From: Flavobacteriales bacterium
Lineage (GTDB): Bacteria; Bacteroidota; Bacteroidia; UBA10329
Direction of reading: 5' to 3'
Assembly: GCA_021741075.1 (NCBI GenBank)
Contig: JAIOYO010000008.1
Span: forward strand, 12,283 to 76,282
Length of the DNA: 64,000 nt
Each line of letters begins with the position of its first letter. Position 1 is the first letter of the stretch. Both the position numbers and the translations under genes were made by a program. This document shows, piece by piece, positions 28,586 to 37,464 of this stretch. Below the pieces are notes generated by a model. The model ran no database searches and was not told the origin of the DNA. It saw nothing but the letters and a program-made list of their open reading frames with translations.

Positions 28586-30439
28586 TTATTTCAGTATTTC
28601 CAGAACCTTATCCTTGATTTCGTTTTTGCTGAAAGGAATTCCCTTCACCTTATTCAGCGCAACGGTTGGAATGAGGTACTGACTACGAATCATCATGTTT
28701 AATTGCCCCATGTTCATTTCGGGGATAAGAACGGTTTCAAAATTCCTTAGCACTTCTTCAAAGTTCTTAGGAAAAGGAAACAGGTAACGGGCGTGTGCAT
28801 GCGAAACAGAATGTCCGTCCTCAATTAGTTCTTTGGTAGCGCCTTTAATTGCACCAAATGTAGAGCCCCAGCCAAGGATGAGTACTTTACCTTTTGCTGC
28901 GCCCAATTCAATATCTTGAAGAGGAATATTATTGGCGATGTTGGAGATCTTCTGAGCCCGTGTATTCACCATGTGCTGGTGATTGTCGGGATCGTAGCTA
29001 ATGTTGCCTGTGCCGTCTTGCTTTTCAATTCCTCCTACACGGTGCTCTAGCCCAAGTGTTCCAGGAATAGCCCATTTGCGCACAAGGTTTTCGTCTCGTT
29101 CGTATGGGCGATAGTTTTCTCCTTCTTCCGCAGCATCAGCCGAGGTAGCAAAGTTTCCTTTGAAAGCAGGCAATTCATCAGCAGTTGGGAAACGCCAAGG
29201 TTCTGCTCCGTTAGCTAAATATCCATCGGAAAGGAAGAAAACGGGAGTCATGTGCTGCACTGCCAATCGGCAAGCTTCATACGCCATTTTGAAACAATCG
29301 GCTGGTGTTGCTGCTGCAACTACTGCTACAGGTGCTTCACCATTTCGGCCATAAATGGCTTGCAAAAGGTCGGCTTGTTCTGTTTTTGTAGGAAGTCCGG
29401 TTGATGGACCGCCACGCTGTACATTCACAATTACCAATGGTAGCTCTAACATAAGCGCCAATCCGATGGCTTCGCCTTTTAGGGCAATGCCCGGACCGCT
29501 TGAAGCAGTGATTCCTAACGCGCCACCGAAGGAAGCTCCGATTGCAGAAGCAACAGCGGCAATTTCATCTTCGGCCTGAAAGGTTTTTACACCAAAATTT
29601 TTGTGTTTGGCCAGCTCATGCAGAATATCTGATGCTGGAGTAATAGGGTAGGAGCCGTAAAATAATTCTAATCCTGAACGTTGCGCAGCTGCAACCAATC
29701 CGATGGCGGCTGCTTCGTTGCCCATAATGTTTCGGTAGGTGCCTTTGCCCATTTGGGCTTTATCCACACTAAAACGAGTGGTAGGCGTTTCTGTAGTGTC
29801 TCCAAAATTGTAACCAGCACGCAAAACTTTGCTGTTGGCATCAACGATTTCGGGCTTTTTCTTGAATTTATCTGATAGATATTTGAGGGTTGGGTCTAAG
29901 GAGCGATCAAACATCCACAGCACATAACCGAGTACGAACATGTTCTTGGTACGGTCAATGTCTTTTTGACCCAATCCGCTGTCTTTGAGGCATTCTTTGG
30001 TCAGTTTGGTTACCTCAATTGGGTAAACTTTGTAATCGCTTAGCGAACCATCTTCTAACGCACTAACTCCACTATCAATCTTGGCAAGACGTAGATTTTT
30101 TGGGTCGAAACCATCGGTATTGGCAATGATTATTCCGCCTTTTTTGAGGCTTTTGAGGTTGGCTTTGAGTGCTGCCGCGTTCATTACCACCAATGCATCG
30201 CATTCATCACCTGGTGTGAAAATTTCGATACTCCCGAAGTGCAGTTGAAAACCCGAAACGCCCGCCAATGTGCCTTGAGGGGCGCGAATTTCGGCAGGGA
30301 AATTTGGGAAGGTGCTTAGGTCGTTTCCGAAAAGGGCGTTTGTGTCGGTAAACTGGGTGCCAGTAAGTTGAATACCATCTCCGGAATCACCGGCAAACAG
30401 GATGGTAATTTCTTTTGGCTTCTCTATTGTTGCAGACAT
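28586..30439 (-). CDS. korA: 2-oxoacid:acceptor oxidoreductase alpha subunit
   Basis: AGDSGDGIQLTG, YPITPAS, QAEDE, QRGGPSTGLPT. Confidence 0.96.
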   Translation of the reverse strand: MSATIEKPKEITILFAGDSGDGIQLTGTQFTDTNALFGNDLSTFPNFPAEIRAPQGTLAGVSGFQLHFGSIEIFTPGDECDALVVMNAAALKANLKSLKKGGIIIANTDGFDPKNLRLAKIDSGVSALEDGSLSDYKVYPIEVTKLTKECLKDSGLGQKDIDRTKNMFVLGYVLWMFDRSLDPTLKYLSDKFKKKPEIVDANSKVLRAGYNFGDTTETPTTRFSVDKAQMGKGTYRNIMGNEAAAIGLVAAAQRSGLELFYGSYPITPASDILHELAKHKNFGVKTFQAEDEIAAVASAIGASFGGALGITASSGPGIALKGEAIGLALMLELPLVIVNVQRGGPSTGLPTKTEQADLLQAIYGRNGEAPVAVVAAATPADCFKMAYEACRLAVQHMTPVFFLSDGYLANGAEPWRFPTADELPAFKGNFATSADAAEEGENYRPYERDENLVRKWAIPGTLGLEHRVGGIEKQDGTGNISYDPDNHQHMVNTRAQKISNIANNIPLQDIELGAAKGKVLILGWGSTFGAIKGATKELIEDGHSVSHAHARYLFPFPKNFEEVLRNFETVLIPEMNMGQLNMMIRSQYLIPTVALNKVKGIPFSKNEIKDKVLEILK

Positions 30440-30547
30440 GCTTGTTTTTATGGGTGGCAAAAGTAATTGCTGATAGTGGTAAAATCTTGACGGTTGTCAG
30501 AAGAGTGGTAAGGTTTTTACAACGTCCGTAGTGGTTTGCATATTCAC

Positions 30548-30580
30548 AGATTCCTCGGCTCGTTCCTCGCTCGGAATAAC
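30548..30580. repeat. REP-like palindrome
   Basis: AGATTCCTCGGCTCGTTCCTCGCTCGGAATAAC resembles the widespread AGATTCCTCG...GCTCGGAATGAC intergenic palindrome. Confidence 0.6.
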
Positions 30581-30608
30581 GTGAGGGTTTACTGTCGTTT
30601 GTTTTTGT

Positions 30609-30848
30609 TTAAGTGGTGATGGCTTCAACAGATTTGATTTGCGGCACGGAACGTTTTACGGCTTCTTCAATGCCTGCTTTGAGGGTCATTTCGCTCATGT
30701 TGCAGTCTTTGCACGAACCTAGAAATTTCAATTGTACAACCATGTCTTCGGTAATGTTTATCAGTTCCATGTTGCCACCATCGGCTGCTAGGAATGGGCG
30801 CATGGTTTCCAATGCTTCTTCCACCTTGTCTCTTAATTCCGTGTTCAT
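30609..30848 (-). CDS. NifU/Nfu family Fe-S scaffold
   Basis: RPFLAADGG, GSCKDC (CxxC), TLKAGIE. Confidence 0.93.
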   Translation of the reverse strand: MNTELRDKVEEALETMRPFLAADGGNMELINITEDMVVQLKFLGSCKDCNMSEMTLKAGIEEAVKRSVPQIKSVEAITT

Positions 30849-30857
30849 TTCTTGGTC

Positions 30858-31958
30858 TTATCGTGTGGTAATTTCGACCCGTTTGGTGGCCTCCTGTGTT
30901 GTGTTTCTTTTCTGAACCTCTTGATCAACGGCCGCTGCTAGGTGTTTGAATATCTGAGCGGAGGGCGTGGTGTCCTGCAGCAGGGCTGGTCTTCCAGCAT
31001 CTCCCGCTTCGCGGATGGATTGTACCAACGGAATTTGTCCCAACAAGGGAACATTCATTTGTTCTGCTAATCCTTTTACACCGTCTTTTCCGAAGATGTA
31101 ATACTTGTTTTCTGGCAACTCGGCTGGGGTAAACCAAGCCATGTTTTCTATCAATCCAAGCACAGGAACGTTGATGCTATCGAGTCGGAACATGGCTACG
31201 CCTTTTCGGGCATCGGTAAGAGCAACTTCCTGTGGCGTACTCACCACAACGGCACCTGTAACGGGTACGGCTTGCACGATGGTCAAGTGCACATCGCCTG
31301 TGCCGGGAGGAAGGTCGAGTAGTAGGTAGTCCAACTCATCCCACCATACATCACCGAACATCTGCTTGAGGGCTTTGGTAGCCATGGGTCCGCGCCAAAC
31401 GATTGCCTGCGTAGGGTCGGAGAAGAACCCGATGCTCATCACCTTCACACCATAACTCTCAACAGGAAGCATGTATTGCTTGCCTTCGATGACGGTAACT
31501 TTTGGTTTTTCGCTGACGATATCAAACATCAACGGCATGCTCGGGCCGTAGATGTCGGCATCTATTAACCCCACTTTAAAACCTTGCTTGGCCAGACCGA
31601 CCGCCAAGTTGGCCGTAACGGTACTTTTACCGACACCTCCTTTGCCAGAAGCTATGGCAATAATGTTTTTGACTTTGCTTAATGTGGGCGGTCCTTGCGG
31701 ACCAGATTGAACAGGTTTTGCGGCAATGTTTACCCGCACCTTCACCACTCCGAATGCTTCGGTAAGCGCGGCATTGATGTCGCCTTCCAATTTCTTGCGG
31801 ATGTTGAGAGCGGGACTCTTGATTTCTAAATCAATGTCTATCTCTTTGCCGAAAACTTGTATGTTCTTTAATTCGCCACTTTCGGTAATGCTCACATTTC
31901 CTGCTGGCGATTTCACTGCTTTGAGTGCCTCTGCTACGCTTTGCTTATTTAGATTCAT
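30858..31958 (-). CDS. mrp: Mrp/NBP35 (ApbC) Fe-S carrier ATPase
   Basis: SGKGGVGKST, DADIYGPS, WRGPM, DLPPGTGD, IENM. TACCTTTG promoter element at 31967-31974. Confidence 0.96.
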   Translation of the reverse strand: MNLNKQSVAEALKAVKSPAGNVSITESGELKNIQVFGKEIDIDLEIKSPALNIRKKLEGDINAALTEAFGVVKVRVNIAAKPVQSGPQGPPTLSKVKNIIAIASGKGGVGKSTVTANLAVGLAKQGFKVGLIDADIYGPSMPLMFDIVSEKPKVTVIEGKQYMLPVESYGVKVMSIGFFSDPTQAIVWRGPMATKALKQMFGDVWWDELDYLLLDLPPGTGDVHLTIVQAVPVTGAVVVSTPQEVALTDARKGVAMFRLDSINVPVLGLIENMAWFTPAELPENKYYIFGKDGVKGLAEQMNVPLLGQIPLVQSIREAGDAGRPALLQDTTPSAQIFKHLAAAVDQEVQKRNTTQEATKRVEITTR

Positions 31959-32025
31959 TCTAAACGCAAAGGTAGTCAAGTGTGGTTTAGTTCAAAGCTG
32001 AAAGTTTGTGCTAATTACCATCAAT

Positions 32026-32691
32026 TCACTTCAGAGCAACAGCAACATGAGAGTTAGCTAATGATGAAGGCTCTACCTTGATAGAAATATCTGAAAAACC
32101 AGCGTGCACAAAAAGTTGTTCCACTTCTTTATCTGCGTATCGATTCTTAAAGATGTCGAGGTTCCTACTCACAAAAGGATAGCGTTCCATCTCTTCCTTA
32201 GTGCGATAACCGCAAACCATTTTCCCCTTTGGCCTGAGAACACGGAGAAGTTCCTGAGCATCGGCCAATGGCTCAGGCCAGAAATAAATGGTGTTGTTGG
32301 TGATGATGGTATCTACGGAGTTGTCAGGCAATGGAAGCCGACTCACTCCCGCCAAATGCAGTTCCAGTTGTTTGGTGCTGATCTGTATGCTTAATCGTTT
32401 CCCAACCTGATGGACAAGGTCATCCGCAATATCAACTCAATACACTTTGCTATATGAAGCCAATTTGCAAAGTTGCTCCAGAAACTTCCCATTGCCAAAG
32501 CCTATCTCCAGAACATGGTCTGTGGGCTTTAATTCGGCACACTGCAACGAAAGTAGTTCCAGATCTGCATTGCTTTTGTTCATCATTTGCCCGATAAACC
32601 GCGAACCGAAGAAACCGCTGGGTCTGCTTAGTTGTGCCGCAACATAATCGGCCATGCCGAGTTTCATTAGTAGTTGAATCAGATATTTCAT
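32026..32691 (-). pseudogene. Class I SAM-dependent methyltransferase interrupted by one in-frame TGA
   Basis: ORFs 32437-32691 and 32026-32355 share one frame: ...VLEIGFGNG...SKVY*VDIADD...LPLPDNSVD...NTIYFW. The TGA at 32437-32439 sits where Gly is expected. Confidence 0.8.
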
Positions 32692-32758
32692 GCCGATGAA
32701 ATTACTTGTTGCATGCTTTGTCGCGGCTTTTCGTTAAAATTGATGATCAAACAAACAC

Positions 32759-33799
32759 ATGATTATGTATCGACTTCCAATTGCCATCGTTTCCATTATC
32801 GCCTGCTGCGGATTGACCGCCAGCATGTTGGTGCAACCCCTTGCGTATGACGACCAAACACCTGTAAGCAGCATACTCTTGGCTTTGGGAGACGCAGCTC
32901 CTAGCCATTACGTAGGTACGGTAGATGCCGAAAAAGTTGAAAAGGGAAAGGATTTGGTTATAACTGGTGGCCCTTGGATGGATGGGAAGGTTGAGTATCG
33001 ACTTTCCAATCATTTTGTGTGTATTGATTGCCACAACATTCAGCTCGAAGCACCTTTTGCGGATGATAACGACCCCGATAGTCGATTGCAGTATTCCAAA
33101 GAATTCAATCAGGCCTACCTGCCTGGCTCCACGCTTTACGGCATTACCAACAGAACAAGCTGGTTCAATGGCGACCATGAGAAAAAATATGGGAAAGAGT
33201 TGATCGACCCAGCACGCCACGATCTGAAGAATGCCATTCAGCTTTGTTCAAAGGAATGTTCGGTTGGTCGCGAATTGACGGACGATGAAATGGAATCGGT
33301 GCTTTATTTTCTGAATGCAATTGAGTTAAAGATGAAAGACCTCAACCTTTCTGAAGAAGAATTAGCTCAAATTTCGAAAGTGGGTCAGAGTGAAGAGGAG
33401 AAAGCGGCTAGTATAAAGCTGATAAAGTCGAAATACTTGGATGGCTACCCGGCCACCTTTGTAGATGAAATTCCACGAAAGGAGCGGAAAATGGGAGAGG
33501 AAGGAAATTTGGAGAACGGTAAGTGGATCTATGAGAAGAGCTGTTTGCATTGCCACTCTCCAGAGAAGACGGTTACAGACAGAACCCTCTTCGGATCAGG
33601 TAAGGATCAGAAGGATTTTAAGTGGTTGGAAAGCTATTTCAAGAAAAGTAATGGGGGCTCCATCTATTGGATCACCCGTCACGGAACTGAATCAAAGGAT
33701 CATATTCCTCAGTACATGCCGATTTATTCCAAAGAGAAACTGAGCGATTCGCAGCTTGAAGATCTGGCGGTCTATATTTTGGCGGAGAGTAAGAAGTAG
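32759..33799 (+). CDS. Periplasmic diheme cytochrome c (TsdA/SoxA-like layout)
   Basis: Signal peptide, CIDCH and CLHCH heme sites, extra Cys in QLCSKEC, and C-terminal YMP...LSDSQLEDLAVYI. Confidence 0.8.
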   Translation: MIMYRLPIAIVSIIACCGLTASMLVQPLAYDDQTPVSSILLALGDAAPSHYVGTVDAEKVEKGKDLVITGGPWMDGKVEYRLSNHFVCIDCHNIQLEAPFADDNDPDSRLQYSKEFNQAYLPGSTLYGITNRTSWFNGDHEKKYGKELIDPARHDLKNAIQLCSKECSVGRELTDDEMESVLYFLNAIELKMKDLNLSEEELAQISKVGQSEEEKAASIKLIKSKYLDGYPATFVDEIPRKERKMGEEGNLENGKWIYEKSCLHCHSPEKTVTDRTLFGSGKDQKDFKWLESYFKKSNGGSIYWITRHGTESKDHIPQYMPIYSKEKLSDSQLEDLAVYILAESKK

Positions 33800-33894
33800 T
33801 TGAGCAAGTCCACAATCTGCTAATGGGGTATCCTTAATGGGCTTTGATTGGAAGAAGAGGAGGCAATAATATTCCACCCTACTAAGTAGGATTT

Positions 33895-34419
33895 ATGAAT
33901 AAAGCAACTCAATTATATCGTGTTACTGGCGCAAATCATCTAGCAAATGCTTGGGTAATAGTGTTTTATTTAGGCGGAGCTGCGCTTGTTCCCTTCTATA
34001 TGATTTCAAAATATGGAATGACCAATTTTGATAGCTATTTATTCGTTTCACTGGTCTTGTTCTTAATTTTCTTTATTCCAGTTTGCATTATACACCTCTC
34101 CTATTACTTGACAAACAGAGGTGATACATTAGTTTATTCTCCAAACGACCAGTATCTCGAGTTTAACCGCAAAGGCCAAATTCATAGATTTTTCATCCAC
34201 GAGATTGAGCGGGTTAATCGTTTCATGTCTTGGCCATTAGCTGAACGAAGGTCGCACTGGCTTCCTTGGGACAATAACAATTACTCTGAGATAATTCTTA
34301 AAGATGGTCGCCAATTTATTGTCACAAGTCTATTGGTGCCAAATCTCAATCTTCAGCTAAATGCTGACAAGGTTTTTGTTCACAAACGAGTGATTCATTT
34401 GGCGAGGACCAAATCATAA
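33895..34419 (+). CDS. Hypothetical membrane protein (2 TM plus small beta domain)
   Basis: 174-aa ORF, two hydrophobic segments, AT-rich. Confidence 0.6.
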   Translation: MNKATQLYRVTGANHLANAWVIVFYLGGAALVPFYMISKYGMTNFDSYLFVSLVLFLIFFIPVCIIHLSYYLTNRGDTLVYSPNDQYLEFNRKGQIHRFFIHEIERVNRFMSWPLAERRSHWLPWDNNNYSEIILKDGRQFIVTSLLVPNLNLQLNADKVFVHKRVIHLARTKS

Positions 34420-34492
34420 TCTCAGTTCGACCACGTGCTAGGCAAGAGAATTATTTTAAAAGCCCAGAATGAACAGGAGGTGAAAAAAGCTC

Positions 34493-34840
34493 TTACTGGT
34501 GCTCATCGATTCCAAGCTCAACCATCGGGTTCCAAAAGAGCTTTTCAAAATCAACCACCTGGTTGTTTTCAACCTTAACGCCTTCACTTTCGAGCAATTC
34601 CTGCATCAGATTAGGCCCTTGGAAATGTGTTTTGCCTGAAAGCATTCCAATCCTGTTCACCACACGCTGAGCTGGTACGGGTTCTTTGGAGGCTGCACAT
34701 GAATTCATCGCCCAACCGACCATTCGTGCTGCGCTAGGACTACCGAGGTATTTGGCGATGGCACCGTAAGAAGTAACTCGCCCTTTAGGAATCAGTCGGG
34801 CAACCTCCCAAACATCCTGAAAAAAGCCTTGGTTTTTCAT
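34493..34840 (-). CDS. MGMT-family alkyltransferase-like (ATL) protein
   Basis: IPKGRVTSYGAIA, ARMVGWAM, and PAQRVV where active MGMT has PCHRV. Confidence 0.9.
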   Translation of the reverse strand: MKNQGFFQDVWEVARLIPKGRVTSYGAIAKYLGSPSAARMVGWAMNSCAASKEPVPAQRVVNRIGMLSGKTHFQGPNLMQELLESEGVKVENNQVVDFEKLFWNPMVELGIDEHQ

Positions 34841-34842
34841 TG

Positions 34843-34972
34843 CTGATACGAATTACGAATAAACACGAATATACGAATGGCGAATAGTACAACCTGTGCG
34901 CGAGTGCCAATGCTGGCCGAATCTACATTCGTCATATTCGTACCGCGTAGCGGTATTCGTAATTCGTATCAG
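34843..34972. repeat. Inverted-repeat element built from ACGAAT units
   Basis: Perfect 19-bp IR CTGATACGAATTACGAATA (34843-34861) / TATTCGTAATTCGTATCAG (34954-34972), further ACGAAT/ATTCGT units, and inner hairpin TACCGC-gta-GCGGTA. Confidence 0.85.
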
Positions 34973-35688
34973 ATTGCAAATGCGATGTAATTGATCTTGC
35001 GGCCTTCTTCCAACCAAAGCCCTTCATAATAGGTTCGGATGCGGAGTTCGCGCTCACGTTCACAGAGGAATTTGTTCTCACCTGTTTCAAGGTCGGCATA
35101 CACGTCAGTCGATTCGCAGAGAGTTGTCAAACCCAGTTCAGCGATCACCTCCTGGGTGTACTCGAACAACGGAAAGTTGTCTGTTTTGAGCTGAACGATG
35201 CCACCTCTCTTCAATATTTGACGGTAACGCTCGATGAAAACGGCTGATGTAAGTCGGTTCCGTTCACGGTTTGCTTGCAACTGAGGGTCAGGGAAAATAA
35301 TCCAGATTTCGGACACTTCCTCTGCCGCAAACAGATTGGCAATGTGGTCGATGCGCGTGCGCAGAAAACCAACGTTGGTTAGTTTGGTTTCTAACGCATG
35401 CTTGGCGCCAATCCAGATACGATTGCCTTTAATGTCTATTCCAAGAAAGTTCCTTTCAGGATAAAGCGCTGCTTGTCCGGTGGAATATTCGCCCTTTCCG
35501 CAGGCCAATTCTAGCGTAATAGGGTTGTTGTTTTTAAAATGTTGTTGCGCCCACTTTCCCTTCAAAGGGAAGTCCTTCAACTCGTGACCTAAAGGAACTT
35601 CCACGCAGTTTTCAAACTTGCCGATGTCGGCAAAGCGCGCAAGTTTCTTGGAGAGGTTAGGCTTAGTTAAGTCGAATCTCCTCGCCAC
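34969..35688 (-). CDS. trmB: tRNA (guanine-N7)-methyltransferase
   Basis: LELACGKGEY, GIDIKGNR, FPDP, LKTD, TYYE. Nearest plausible start is GTG 35688, inside the 3' end of rng. Confidence 0.95.
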   Translation of the reverse strand: MARRFDLTKPNLSKKLARFADIGKFENCVEVPLGHELKDFPLKGKWAQQHFKNNNPITLELACGKGEYSTGQAALYPERNFLGIDIKGNRIWIGAKHALETKLTNVGFLRTRIDHIANLFAAEEVSEIWIIFPDPQLQANRERNRLTSAVFIERYRQILKRGGIVQLKTDNFPLFEYTQEVIAELGLTTLCESTDVYADLETGENKFLCERERELRIRTYYEGLWLEEGRKINYIAFAI

Positions 35689-37231
35689 GACTGTTGTAAA
35701 TATGGTATTCCATAAAATGGTAATTGGTTGAAGATTCAACCTTTATCTCACCGTTGAATTGCTTCTGCCACTCTTTTACAACGCTCTTCGACCAAGGCAA
35801 CCACGATTCGGTTTTGGTTAGATACGAGGCGATGTAAGGATGAACTTTAAGGGTGATTGATTTCTCGTTCTGTTCCATCATCACAAAACTGACGCTATTC
35901 TCAACTTCGGTATCGAAAAGTACTGCTGCTTCAATCTCACCGGTTCCGCTGCAACTCGGACACTTCTCGCGTGTCTTCACATTCATCTCTGGACGAACGC
36001 GCTGACGTGTGATTTGAATTAAACCAAATTTAGATGGAGGAAGAATGTTATGCTTTGCGCGATCGTCTTTCATTTCCTCCTTGAGCACATTATAGAGCTC
36101 TTTGCGGTTTTCTCCTTTGTGGAGGTCGATAAAATCTACCACGATAATGCCGCCCATATCGCGCAAGCGAAGTTGACGTGCAATTTCTTTGGCCGCTTCT
36201 AAATTACATTCGAGTGCGTTGGTTTCTTGATCTTGCCCAGCGTTGGTTCGAGCACCAGAATTCACATCAATTACGTGTAATGCTTCTGTGTGCTCAATTA
36301 CAAGATACGAACCATTTTTGAAGGTAACGTTCTTACCAAACGAAGCCTTAATCTGCTTGTTCAGCCCTAAACTCTCAAACAACGGCTGAGTTCCTCTGTG
36401 GAATTTCAGTTTCTTCAGCTTTTCTGGCGAGCTAGCTAGGTACTTGCTAATCTCGTCATGCACTTCGTTGCTATCTACATGGATGCTATCGAAGTTGGAG
36501 CTGAGCATGTCACGAATCATGGACGAGGTGCGGCTCAATTCGCCCATCACACGAGTTGCAGGTTGGGCTTCTCTTGCTTTCTCCACCATGGTTGTCCATC
36601 GCAAAACAAGATCGTTCATGTCTGCTTCCAGCACTTCAAGTTTTTTGTTCTCGGCTGCAGTGCGCACAATCAATCCAAATCCTTTCGGTTTGATGTCTCG
36701 AAAAATGTCTTTCAGACGTTTGCTTTCTTCCTTGTTCTTAATCTTCTGAGAGATATTGACCTTATCAGAAAATGGTACCAAAACCATGAATTTTCCAGCG
36801 AAAGAAAGTTCGGTGGTTAAACGTGGTCCTTTAGTAGAGATAGGCTCCTTGGCTACTTGCACGAGGATTTCCTTTCCCTGTTTCATGACGTCATCAATCT
36901 TCCCATTCTTTTCAATTTCAGCTTCTGGCCGAAACTTTTCGAGCATAGGAGATTTGAGCTTACCAGAACGGGTAAGTTCAATAAACTTCATCAAGGTTTT
37001 GACCTTGGGGCCAAGATCCAAATAGTGCAGAAATCCGTCTTTCTCATAGCCCACATTTACGAATGCGGCATTGAGACCGGGCATCACTTTTTGGATACGG
37101 CCAAGGTATAAGTCTCCCACCTGAAACGCGCTATTGCCTGTTTCTTCGTGGAGTTCTACTAGTTTTTTGTCCTTTAAAAGGGCAATATCAACCTTAGAAG
37201 GTTGTGATGAGATTACCAGGTCGTAATTCAC
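35663..37231 (-). CDS. rng: Ribonuclease E/G family
   Basis: S1 domain (PGLNAAFV), KGPRLT, IDVNSG, LRDMGGIIVVDFID, CPSCSGTG Zn link. Confidence 0.97.
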   Translation of the reverse strand: MNYDLVISSQPSKVDIALLKDKKLVELHEETGNSAFQVGDLYLGRIQKVMPGLNAAFVNVGYEKDGFLHYLDLGPKVKTLMKFIELTRSGKLKSPMLEKFRPEAEIEKNGKIDDVMKQGKEILVQVAKEPISTKGPRLTTELSFAGKFMVLVPFSDKVNISQKIKNKEESKRLKDIFRDIKPKGFGLIVRTAAENKKLEVLEADMNDLVLRWTTMVEKAREAQPATRVMGELSRTSSMIRDMLSSNFDSIHVDSNEVHDEISKYLASSPEKLKKLKFHRGTQPLFESLGLNKQIKASFGKNVTFKNGSYLVIEHTEALHVIDVNSGARTNAGQDQETNALECNLEAAKEIARQLRLRDMGGIIVVDFIDLHKGENRKELYNVLKEEMKDDRAKHNILPPSKFGLIQITRQRVRPEMNVKTREKCPSCSGTGEIEAAVLFDTEVENSVSFVMMEQNEKSITLKVHPYIASYLTKTESWLPWSKSVVKEWQKQFNGEIKVESSTNYHFMEYHIYNSRGEEIRLN

Positions 37232-37360
37232 GGATAGCGTTTTTTATGCCGCCTACCGCATATAGCGTACAACAAAGCATCGGGTCATGGTGACCCAATG
37301 CTCTAAAAGGTGTTGGCACTGCCGCGAGAGGCGGCCTGTGAACCTTATCTCAAAGGTTGA
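37232..37360 (-). promoter_or_regulatory. Structured leader upstream of rng (candidate cis-regulatory RNA)
   Basis: Hairpins at 37341-37358, 37321-37335 and 37274-37304, plus possible pairing of 37246-37250 with 37315-37319. Confidence 0.45.
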
Positions 37361-37453
37361 TTATTTTTTCTTCTTGTGACGATTCTTTCTCAAACGCTTT
37401 TTACGCTTGTGAGTGGCCATCTTATGTCTCTTTCTTTTCTTACCGCAAGGCAT
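37361..37453 (-). CDS. 30-aa basic small ribosomal protein, bS22-like (AURKAIP1/COX24 family)
   Basis: Below the ORF-track cutoff. Manual translation: MPCGKKRKRHKMATHKRKKRLRKNRHKKKK. Confidence 0.88.
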   Translation of the reverse strand: MPCGKKRKRHKMATHKRKKRLRKNRHKKKK

Positions 37454-37464
37454 GATCGTGTGAT

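Noticed and set aside
30475-30536. Three AGTGGT motifs upstream of korA as MraZ boxes
   Set aside because: Spacing is about 26-29 bp and irregular, not the 10-bp period.
32437-32439. TGA as selenocysteine or as genetic-code-25 Gly
   Set aside because: The position aligns to Gly, not Cys, and many genes here (murC, murG, gldC, tatC) end in TGA, so TGA is a stop.
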